A DNA stretch of 9,034 bases from Octopus sinensis (GCF_006345805.1 NW_021828141.1:1-9034), one strand, 5' to 3'. Positions 1 to 8,790 are shown, numbered from the stretch's first letter. Made by a program: numbers and translations. The notes: generated by a model from the sequence alone, not told the origin.

Positions 1-107
1 ACAGAATAACACCAATGAAATAACGACAGTGAAATGCACAACAAACATCAGCGATCTGACTGTCACCTGTACTCTTGACAGGAGATGCTAGGTAGTCTTT
101 TATACCT

Positions 108-550
108 ACCAGGCTCGTTCTTATTAGCCCGAGTTGCCGGATACTTTTTCGTTCGTTTAAGAATATTGCAGAAAGGAAACTTTCCATAGATTGGAATTTA
201 AATCCTAATCTCTATAGAAATTAATTGTTTCAAGAAGACATTTCATTTGAATTACCTATAATTTTTTACAAATATAGATAACAACTCGGGCAGTAATTTC
301 TGAGCCCGAGTCGCGTGTAAAAGATGTCGAGAAAACGTCTGCTACGAATGATATTTTTTGACACTATGATGACGCCAAACGCTGAACGAAATTAAATGGA
401 CTGCGACCAGGCTCTATAAAAGTAGCCCAAGTTATTGGCTGAAATTACATACTTGAAGTCACTGTTGGCAGAAAAAAAAAACAGTTTACAAATATACGTT
501 CACTTTATTAAATTTATACAGAGGCTAAGCCCGAACAACCCGAGTGCCGG
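108..550. repeat. Unclassified segment with clustered (G)CCCGAGT motifs, possibly a non-autonomous DNA element
   Basis: GCCCGAGT(T)-like motifs at 127-135, 284-291 (reverse), 304-311, 423-433, 529-535 and 539-550. Direct repeat 108-140 vs 406-438 (23/33 identical, ungapped). No termini or TSD found. Confidence 0.3.
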
Positions 551-573
551 AGTCGCCACTATACATGCATACG

Positions 574-624
<51 letters not shown>

Positions 625-665
625 TATATATGTACGTATGTATTATGTATGTACGTATACATATC
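574..665. repeat. (TA)n microsatellite with TATG/TAC-degenerate tail
   Basis: Near-pure TA run 574-621 followed by degenerate units. Confidence 0.95.
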
Positions 666-908
666 ATTAATCATATACAGAAAACAGGTATGGTATTCAA
701 TGCATTATACAACATACATACGTTTCCCCATATTCCCGGGACAATTACATAACAGTTGTAGAGACATTTTATAATCTTGCAAATACCTCGTCAGTATTCC
801 GCAATAAATACGACAGATATTGAAGACTCAGATTATATTGTTTCCGTTATCGAATGAATATACATACATATACATATACATTCATATATGTGAGTGTGTA
901 AGGAATAA

Positions 909-910
<2 letters not shown>

Positions 911-978
<68 letters not shown>

Positions 979-1027
979 TATATAGCTAGCTAGCTAGCTA
1001 GATAGATAGATAGATAGATAGATAGAT

Positions 1028-1098
<71 letters not shown>
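911..1098. repeat. Compound microsatellite (AT)n-(TAGC)n-(GATA)n
   Basis: (AT)n 911-983, (TAGC)n 983-1000, (GATA)n 1001-1097. Confidence 0.97.
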
Positions 1099-1472
1099 TT
1101 TAAGTATGTGTGTAGCTATGTATGATTATACATAATGAGAAAAAGAGAAAGAGAGGCAGAAAGGGAGATTTAATCATTACCAATGTATAACTGATATAGA
1201 ATGGAAGTCTCTGGACCTGGAAATATTAACAACCAAAGATCTTCTGCACTAAACTGCCTGCAGTCTGTTCGTGGCGCCAAATATTGTTTTTGCAGAGGGA
1301 AAGATTTAACGATGCAGTGCAAAATATTTTGCAATATCCGACTGTAGATGTAACTGTCATCACAATTTCTGCTTAGAGGGAATTTTTATTTAGCCCATGT
1401 GTGACCTGAAGGAGCAAAACTAAGATTAAATCCTTTCCAGCCATAAGCGTCACAATAATGTTTGCTTCTAGA

Positions 1473-1661
1473 CAGTGCCGGATTAACCATTGTGATTAGG
1501 TGTGCTTAAACAAGGGGCTCCGTTTCACTAGGGTGGTGGAACTCATCTTGTTCAAAAAACTTTTAACGATGAATTTCTTGAGCATGTATGCCTGATTGTA
1601 CAAGTAAGCGGCCTCATAACTTAACCAGCGCAGGGCCTCATTTGTCCTAAATCTGGCACTG
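1473..1661. mobile_element. Putative hAT-like MITE, 189 bp
   Basis: Terminal inverted repeats CAGTGCCGGATT (1473-1484) and AATCTGGCACTG (1650-1661), 11/12 match. The 8-bp flanks CTTCTAGA and GTTCTAAG match 5/8, as a decayed 8-bp TSD would. CAG-starting short TIRs with 8-bp TSDs are typical of hAT. Confidence 0.55.
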
Positions 1662-2058
1662 GTTCTAAGCTTCGGTACGATACCGCGTTTCCTAACAATT
1701 AATATATCCGATTACGGTTGAGATATTTCCTTAAGTTAAACAAGTTAAGCTATTTTGCTTGTTATACAAAATGGCATAAACTTTAACATATTAAGATGTC
1801 TTCATGACTGTATGCTAAAGAATTATGTCTGATTGTCCAAGTGAGGAGCCTCGTAACTTAACTAGCGCAGGGCCTCATTTGTCCTAAATCCAGCACTGGT
1901 TCTAAGCTTCGGTACGATACTGCGTTTCCTAACAATTAATATATCCGATTACGGTTGAGATATTTCCTTAAGTTAAACAAGTTAAGCTGTTTTGCTTGTT
2001 ATACAAAATGGCATTAACTGTAACATAAGACGTCCGCATGACTGTATGCTAAAGAATT
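1588..2058. repeat. Two-copy tandem duplication, period 237 bp
   Basis: Copy 1 1588-1824, copy 2 1825-2058. GCGCAGGGCC occurs at 1628 and 1865, and both copies end CATGACTGTATGCTAAAGAATT. Scattered substitutions plus a 3-bp indel. Confidence 0.95.
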
Positions 2059-2273
2059 TGTCCTCCAATGAAACCATTTCTGTAAAGGGAGGCTGTTTTA
2101 GTACTAAAATTATTCCACCAAGCCTTACCGTGTTTCTTGGCTTTTATTCTCATACATTTCCGTCCAAATGGAACAATCAAGTCACCGAAGACAGACGTAA
2201 TCGGTGACTTCCTATTTTACAATTTGATACATTAACGTTTCATTTATTTGTTAGCTTGTTTATATTAAAGCGG

Positions 2274-2457
2274 AGAATTTCGTCTGTTGTTAGGTTATGA
2301 GTTCAAATTCCGCCGAGGTCGACTTTGCCTTTCATCCTTTCGGGGTCGATAAATAAAGTACCAGTTACGCACTGGGGTCGATATAATCGACTTAATCCAT
2401 TTGTCTGTCCTTGTTTGTCCCCTCTATGTTTAGCCCCTTGTGGGTAGTAAAGAAATA
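2274..2457 (+). mobile_element. 5'-truncated tRNA-type SINE (family 1, Tx1-like tail) with 13-bp TSD
   Basis: B-box-like GAGTTCAAATTCC, core GACTTTGCCTTTCATCCTTTCGGGGTCGATAAATAAAGTACC, tail ending TAAAGAAATA. Perfect TSD TATATTAAAGCGG at 2261-2273 and 2458-2470. Homologous to the copies at 7295-7689 and 8820-9029, which retain more of the head. Confidence 0.92.
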
Positions 2458-2531
2458 TATATTAAAGCGGGGAGACATATATAACTGTTGGAATGATAAT
2501 ACATTTTTTTTACCATTGATGCACCACGTGA

Positions 2532-2540
2532 TTGTTGTTG

Positions 2541-2572
<32 letters not shown>

Positions 2573-2945
2573 GGTGGTGGTGGTGGTGGTGGTGGTATTT
2601 GTCGTTATTATAGTGGTTACGGTTTTGGTTGATGGAAGTGATAGCAATTGTAATGGTGATGGTTAAGATGATTGTGGGGATAGTAGTAATGGTGGAGATG
2701 ATGGTGGTGGGTGTGACGACGGTGGCGATGGTGATAATGGCGGAGATGATGATGATGATGATGATGATGATGATAGCCGTAATGATGTTGATGTTAATGA
2801 AGATGGTAATGACACTAGTATTAAGGTCACAAACAACATTAGTTGTGGTATTTATCATTAAACAAGAGTTACAAATGACAATTACAACAACAACAACAAC
2901 AACAACAACAGCAATAACAAAACAAAAACAAAAGCAGTAATAATG
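2532..2945. repeat. Trinucleotide low-complexity tract (GTT)n(GGT)n ... (GAT)n ... (ACA)n
   Basis: Pure runs at about 2532-2596, 2746-2774 and 2883-2910, with degenerate triplets between. Confidence 0.9.
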
Positions 2946-3050
2946 ACATCTAATAGTTTTGGAAGCTGCTCTGTCAGAAATGCTCTGTTTGTATGTATGT
3001 GTGTGTATGTGCGTATGTGTGTAGACTATAGTTGCATCCATATAAATGCA

Positions 3051-3054
3051 TCTG

Positions 3055-3103
<49 letters not shown>

Positions 3104-3184
3104 TCTATCTATCTATCTAGCTAGCTAGCTAGCTAGCTATCTATCTAGCTATCTATCTATCTATCTGTATGTCTGTCTATCTAA

Positions 3185-3254
<70 letters not shown>

Positions 3255-3270
3255 GTCTGTCTGTCTATCT
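3051..3270. repeat. (TATC)n array with TAGC/TGTC variants, 5' flank of the LINE
   Basis: Directly visible; abuts LINE coding sequence at 3270. Confidence 0.97.
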
Positions 3271-5546
3271 TAGAGGGTGAGCTAGTTAAGAAGCTAGAAG
3301 AGGCAATTAGAAGCGGCATCGCATCCGACGTTTTGGCGGCGAGGTTGGCCCTCGACCATCACTTCAACGCCAAACACGAAGGGTGTGCTGTCAGAGCTAG
3401 GATGCGGGCTCTAAGAACGAAGGTGTTGGAGCTGCGAGAGAGGCCCGGGTGGCAGAGGCGCAACAGGGCAACAAAGCCACCATTCGGTCTCCGGTAGATG
3501 AACAGGGGCGCGAATTGATCGAGCAAAGTAAAATGTGTGAGGCCTTTCAACAGCATTTTGCCCGACTGTTCGGGACGAGTGGCGGGCAAGAACGTAGGGT
3601 GGACTTCAGTGCCTACCTACACAGCCTACCACGACTCTCGACAAGAGAGGCAGGGTGCTGCGAAGGTGCCATCATGGCGGCGGAAGTGCAGGACGCGATG
3701 GCAGAATGCTCGAGGGACAAATCGCCGGGTTTGGATGGTCTATCCTACGAGCTTTACAGTTGAATACCAGACTTGTTTGGAAACGTCTTGGCAGCGGTGT
3801 ACTGCAACTGGCAGCAAAACGGGAGCATTCCTGGTTTTGTGAGCCGAGGAGCCGTAACACTGCTGAAGAAAGATCTAAACAAGGGAAATGTAATAGATAA
3901 CTTTAGGCCCATCACTCTGCTTAATGCAGACTTGAAAATTTTGGCCAAGGTGTTAGCCAAGAGGTTGGCGCTTGTCATCGAGAAACCGGTCGACAAGGCG
4001 CAGACGTGCGCCGTACCGGGCCGGACCATCCATGACAACCTCCACCTGATGCGCTACATCATAGACAGGGTAGTTAACGAACCTGGCATGGGTGGGGCGC
4101 TGATCAATTTGGATCAATCGAAAGCTTTCGATATGGTAGACCATCGATACTTGGAGGCAGTCCTCAGAGCGGCTGGCTTCGGTCCCGTCTTCCGCGGCTG
4201 GATAGCCGCTTTGTACAGAGGCATCCGTTCGGTAATTCGAGTAAATGGACATCTATCGAGACCTTTCGACATCGCACGTTCGGTCTGTCAGGGATGCCCC
4301 CTCTCGTCGCTTCTATACGTATTGACTCTCGAGCCACTATTGCGGAAGCTGGCAACTCTGAGGGGCATCCCGCGAGAACTGGGATGCGGGACGAGCGATT
4401 CTGCATACGCGGACGACGTCACCGTCATAGTGTCTAGCCACGAGCACATCGAACAGGTCGGCGAGACACTGAAAAACTACGAAGCGGTGACAGGAGCAAA
4501 AATCAACCGGGAAAAGTCAGTGGGCTTGCGACTAGGCACCTGGAGAAGCAAGCCCATGCCGTCCACCAGCGCCTCCGTTGTGGGACGCTGGACCGACGGT
4601 CCGGTCGAGTTGCTCGGGGTCTGGTTCGGTCTGGACCTCCAAATGGAGAAGAACTGGAACGAGATAACGAGTAGGGTGGTCACTCTCGCCCGGCAATGGG
4701 CCGAGAGGAAACTGTCCCTAAAAGGTCGGGCGGAGGTGGCGAACACGTACATTGCGTCCGTCATCTACTACTGCCTGACCGTCGTGCCTTGTCCCGACCC
4801 TACCATCACCAAACTACAACGCATTCTCTTTCGCTTCTTGTGGAAAGGATGCGTCCCGATGGTCAGGCGATCCATTTGCTGTCAACACCCGTTACAAGGA
4901 GGACTGTGCATGCCGTGGTTGATGATGCGCAGACACGCGCTGAGACTGCGACATCTCAGGCTCTTCGTAGACGACGGTGAACAGGTGTGGTCGCCGTTTG
5001 GGAGGCACGCTTTCCTGAAGCTCGTCTCCATGACCGAACTGCAATCGTGGATCAAAAAAAGGTCGAAAAGTGCTACTCGTTCGGGATTAGCTCTACAGAC
5101 ACGGCTCGAGAAACACGGGGCCGACCTGCTCGAGATGCGGTCAGAGCGACGAAACCGTTCTGCACGCACTCGTGCAGTGTCCAACAATTTCCGACCTGTG
5201 GGCTTATGTCGAACAACTGCTGTCACGTGTGGGACGAGTCGGTTTATCAGCTGAGTCTATCGTCAATATTGTCACGCCTCCTTCCTTCAAACGGTAAAGA
5301 AGAGCTATTTTCATCATCCTTGTGGCTATGGCGAAAGAATGTATCTGGTGGACGCGTCTGAAAGGATTGGAGACAAACACTTTCCTCTCTGGTCAACCTC
5401 TCATCAACTTCTTCAAGTACCACTTGAAAAGGAAAGTGAGAGTAGAGAGGCAAGTTTTGTCTAGCGAACGTTTTAAAAAAAGATGGGTGAATGTAGCAAG
5501 GATGGCACGTATGAATGACGAAGCCACCTTGAGCATAATCCTATGA
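3270..5546 (+). pseudogene. Disrupted LINE ORF2 (reverse transcriptase + CCHC zinc knuckle)
   Basis: Motifs SPGLDGLSYELY, FRPITLLNADLKILAKVLAKRL, DQSKAFDMVDHRYL, CQGCPLS, YADD (4406-4417), KINREKS, and CSRCGQSDETVLHALVQC (C-X2-C-X8-H-X4-C, 5127-5180). Lesions: frameshift at ~3416, TGA 3761-3763, frameshift/deletion at ~5063, TAG 5088-5090, TAA 5295-5297. Natural stop at 5544-5546. Confidence 0.92.
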
Positions 5547-5707
5547 ATCCAGAAATTGAAAAGAGAGGGTTACCCACTTGCAAACAAATGTGGTAACATA
5601 TAACAATATTGACCAAGGTTAACGTGGTCTTTTTCGTAGGCCTTTCTTCTCACGGATAAACCTTACTTGCTTTCCCCTTTACACCATACATCATGACACT
5701 GTGATAC

Positions 5708-5895
5708 ACGATCCCTATTGATCGTTTTTTTTCCTCTCCCCTTTTTTCCTCTTTTTTCTTCTTCTTTCATTTTTCTTTTCTTTTTTTTCCCTTTTTCCTT
5801 TTTTTTCTTTTCCTTTTTTTCTTTTTTTCTTTTCCTTTTTTCTCTTTTTTTCTTTTTTCTTGTTCTTTTTTCCTTTTTACGATCCCTTTTGATCG
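5708..5895. repeat. 154-bp homopyrimidine tract bracketed by 17-bp direct repeats, inside the LINE 3' UTR
   Basis: ACGATCCCTATTGATCG (5708-5724) and ACGATCCCTTTTGATCG (5879-5895), 16/17 identical. The tract 5725-5878 is almost entirely T/C. Confidence 0.85.
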
Positions 5896-5993
5896 AAAAC
5901 CCACGCCACCTTTTTTTCTTCTCCTCCAAAAGAAAAGCTCTACCTTGTAACTTGTCCCATCTGTGTGCAGCCTTGTGTGGCCAATAAAGAAAC

Positions 5994-6372
<379 letters not shown>

Positions 6373-6396
6373 ACATTCTTCTTTTCTTTTCTTCTG

Positions 6397-6600
6397 CTCT
6401 TTTACTTGTTTTTTCAGTCATTTAACTGCAGCATGGTGGAGCACCGCTTTGAATGGTTCCAGTTGAGTAAATTGACCCATAGGTTTTTTTTTTAAGCTTA
6501 GTACTTATTCTATCGATCTCTTTCGCTGAACAGCAAAGTTACAGGGCCGTAAGCGCACCATCACCGGTTGTCAAGCGGTAATGGGGGAACAAACACGCAG
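6397..6600 (-). mobile_element. 3' half of a second SINE family (head missing)
   Basis: Minus strand reads ...GAGATCGATAGAATAAGTACT...GGGTCAATTTACTCAACT...GCGGTGCTCCACCATGCTGCAGTTAAATGACTGAAAAAACAAGTAAAAGAG. I recall this as an abundant octopus SINE 3' end. It shares a core with family 1, and its 5' side breaks at the (AT)n run at 6617. Confidence 0.7.
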
Positions 6601-6614
6601 AAAAAGACACGCGC

Positions 6615-6616
<2 letters not shown>

Positions 6617-6659
<43 letters not shown>

Positions 6660-6720
6660 TATGGTGGTGGTAGTCGTCATGTTTGAGGTGGTGGCAGTGG
6701 TAATGGTGGTCTGGTCATAT
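6617..6720. repeat. (AT)n followed by degenerate (GGT)n
   Basis: (AT)n 6617-6662, then GGT-rich triplets. Confidence 0.9.
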
Positions 6721-7294
6721 GACTGTGATGAGAGAGATGCCGTCTGATGATCGTGGCCAAATATCTATATCCAAGTACCTACCGTCGTTGTCATTGCCAT
6801 GTTTTCTACAATTTTTTTTTTCTTTTTGTTTTGTTTTCTCAATTCCTTAACTTTTTCCTTGTCGAAATATTGGTATATTTTCCATTGGACATTACTGCAG
6901 ACTTTTCTTATGTCCGAAAATGATATATTCGATTTTACCAGAACTAAGATAACAAGTTTATCAAAAGCTGTGGGCAAATGTGTTTTTGCAACCAGTAGTC
7001 AGAGTCGATGTTCGCACAGATATTAATGGGTACTCAAAATGTTAATTATCTAAAATAATGTTGTAATTAATAATCATATTTATTATATAGTCGGTACACA
7101 AATATTTTGTGAAAAGAAAATATTTACACAAGATTTCTCCGCATATTGACTATCAAAAATTACAAACAACATTGCTGGGAAGCCAGACAAGATACTAACA
7201 ATTGCATCATTATACTGTTTGTAGTGTCTGCACTTAATCGTAAACTGTTTTTCTTTTTTTTCTTTTTTTTTTGCCATTATTTACTTCATAGAAG

Positions 7295-7485
7295 GCAGTG
7301 AGCCGCCAGAATCGTCAGCACGCCGGGCGAAATGCTTAGCGGCATTTCGTCCGTCTTTACGTTCTGAGTTCAAATTCCGCCGAGGTCGACTTCGCCCTTA
7401 ATCCTTTCGGGGTCAATAAATTGAGTACCAATGAAAAACTAGGGTCGACCCACAAATTTCAGGTCTTGTGTCTGTAGTAGAAAGG
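7295..7485 (+). mobile_element. tRNA-type SINE (family 1 head/core, alternative tail), copy A
   Basis: Head GCAGTGAGCCGCCAGAATCG, B-box-like GAGTTCAAATTCC, core CCGAGGTCGACTT...CCTTTCGGGGTCAATAAATTGAGTACC, tail AAATTTCAGGTCTTGTGTCTGTAGTAGAAAGG(ATT)n. Confidence 0.88.
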
Positions 7486-7504
7486 ATTATTTACTTCAGA
7501 GAAA

Positions 7505-7689
7505 GCAGCGAGCTGACAGCCGGACAAAATGCTTAGTAATTTTTTGTCTTTATATTCTGAGTTCAAATTCCGCCGAGATTGACTTTGTTTTCAACCTTTT
7601 TGGAGTTGATAAAATACGGACTAGTTGAGCAATGGGGCCGATGTAATCGACCGGGACCCTCTTGTCAAATTGTGCCTATACTGAAGAGG
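7505..7689 (+). mobile_element. tRNA-type SINE (family 1 head/core, alternative tail), copy B, more decayed
   Basis: GCAGCGAGCTGACAG head, GAGTTCAAATTCCGCCGAG, GGGGCCGATGTAATCGAC, tail TTGTGCCTATACTGAAGAGG(ATT). Confidence 0.82.
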
Positions 7690-7879
7690 ATTATTTGCTT
7701 TATAGAAGATTAGTAGGGTGGTGGGGAGATGCATTCTACACAGTGTTCCAAAAGTCACTGACAGGTTTCAATTTTTAATAACTTTCTTAACTTTACAAAT
7801 TAATGCATGAAATTTGATTTAATATAAAAGACATAATGTAAATTAATATGTAGAAGTAACATTTTGCTACACCACTATA

Positions 7880-8104
7880 TCACATGTGAAAAATTACATC
7901 GCTTAAATGGCAGCCATTTTCCGCTTCGCGCGCATGTCCTCTTTCTAAAACTTGCACCATAAGACCCTCAAGAGTTTCTGACCCCACTTCTCTGATTTCT
8001 CTGCTGATGTTTTCCAGGGTCTCCGGTTTGTTGACGTAAACCCTCTCTTTCAGGTATCACCATAAGAAAAATCCAGGCTAGTTAAGTCTGGGGAACGTGA
8101 AGGC
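7880..8104 (-). pseudogene. Tc1/mariner transposase C-terminus
   Basis: PSRSPDLTSLDF/FLW*YLKERVYVNKPETL...EAENGCHLSDVIFHM*, with a 1-nt frameshift at ~8070, a premature TGA, and the terminal TGA at 7880-7882. Confidence 0.88.
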
Positions 8105-8120
8105 AATTCAAAGTAGATCT

Positions 8121-8239
8121 CACACGTGGTTCCAGCAAGATGGGACAACTGCTCATACCGCAAGAGAAACAATGCAGTTGCTACGGTAGTGCTTTGGCGA
8201 GAGAATAATCTCCCGTTACGGCAATGTCAACTGGCCTTC
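8121..8239 (+). pseudogene. Tc1/mariner transposase catalytic segment, inverted
   Basis: HTWFQQDGTTAHTARETMQLLR*CFGERIISRYGNVNWPS, with the second catalytic D at 8139-8141 and TAG at 8187-8189. Confidence 0.88.
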
Positions 8240-8266
8240 GAGTATCATTCACCCTGTATCATTTAA

Positions 8267-8660
8267 CTAGCAGTATCGCCCGGCGTTGCTCGGGGTTGTT
8301 TCAACCCTTTAGAATTGAAATTTTTGAAAAGTAAAATTTTTACATTATGTAGCTTGTTATTCTCTTTAAGTGAACATTTTTCTGGTTGAAATACACCGAA
8401 AAATGGTGACACAGCAGTCGAAAAATCGTAAAAAATAAGGCTTTTCATAGAAAAAAAAAGCACATTTTTGATGTAAATACTTTTTGGTGTTAACATGGTC
8501 CGATTTGAATATTTTCTTCTACGGAAGAAAGAGCAAGCCTTCTTCTATCATACTCTCAATTTTGGTCATCTTGCGCCGCAGAGTCTCGGAGGAGATAGTG
8601 TTAGTTGAAGGCTACCAAACCTGCCATATACAGACAACTTCAGCTTTATATATATAGAGA
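8267..8660 (-). mobile_element. Non-autonomous Helitron, 394 bp
   Basis: Minus strand reads A|TCTCTATATATATAAAG ... CCCGAGCAACGCCGGG (hairpin, 8279-8294), 8 nt, CTAG|T. This gives a 5'-TC, 3'-CTAG, subterminal GC hairpin, A|T insertion site and no TSD, all canonical Helitron hallmarks. Confidence 0.88.
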
Positions 8661-8671
8661 TAACAAACATT

Positions 8672-8790
8672 ACCGAATTTTTTCTGTCTCTTTATGTCCT
8701 TCCGAGGTTAATTTTTATTTTGATCAATTCGTAATCAATAAGATAAAGTACCAGTCAAATAATGGAGTGGCCGAAATCTTGTTCTAACGA
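8672..8790 (+). mobile_element. Highly degenerate family-1 SINE fragment
   Basis: TTTCTGTCTCTTTATG..CCGAGGTTAATTTT..TCAATAAGATAAAGTACCAGT is collinear with the core of the other copies; the B-box region is deleted. Confidence 0.5.

Larger units (their letters stand above)
7739..8256 (-). mobile_element. Internally deleted and rearranged Tc1/mariner element, DD41D (rosa-type)
   Basis: TA dinucleotides at 7737-7738 and 8257-8258. Ends read CACAGTGTTCCAAAAGTC and CAGGGTG, but only 5/7 bases match between the two ends. Transposase fragments lie on both strands (see next two features). Confidence 0.8.

Noticed and set aside
1-95. Short open frames on both strands with a possible AG|GTAGTC donor
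   Set aside because: About 30 codons, weak splice signals and no recognisable homology; a host exon cannot be excluded but is unsupported.
1170-1380. Unique, moderately GC sequence with ~50-70-codon open frames
   Set aside because: No convincing splice pair or protein motif; needs RNA-seq or tBLASTx.
2060-2215. Minus-strand GTAAGG donor and CTTTACAG acceptor defining a 49-nt mini-intron
   Set aside because: The upstream putative exon has no polypyrimidine acceptor and its peptide is unrecognisable.
2411-3128. ORFs with poly-V/G, poly-M, poly-T, poly-H/Q and YLSI repeats, including the 203-aa minus-strand ORF 2430-3041
   Set aside because: These are translations of stop-free tri- and tetranucleotide microsatellites, overlap in several frames, and contain no recognisable domain.
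3773-5254. 493-aa ORF as an intact, active reverse transcriptase gene
   Set aside because: It is an internal piece between a premature stop and a frameshift, starts at TTG, and lacks the endonuclease, ORF1 and an in-frame knuckle.
3359-5453. Multiple antisense and off-frame ORFs inside the LINE
   Set aside because: Shadow ORFs of GC-rich ORF2 sequence; none has independent motifs.
6765-7277. ORFs of 64-75 aa in unique AT-rich sequence
   Set aside because: They depend on poly-T/A runs and have no motifs; the length is expected by chance.
7295-7385. tRNA gene
   Set aside because: A/B-box-like motifs are too widely spaced, there is no cloverleaf, and they continue into SINE core and tail.
7709-8690. 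Idea that the mariner and Helitron both inserted into the head of the degenerate SINE at 8672
   Set aside because: Rejoining the flanks (7709-7738, 8259-8266, 8661 onward) gives only very weak similarity to the SINE head.
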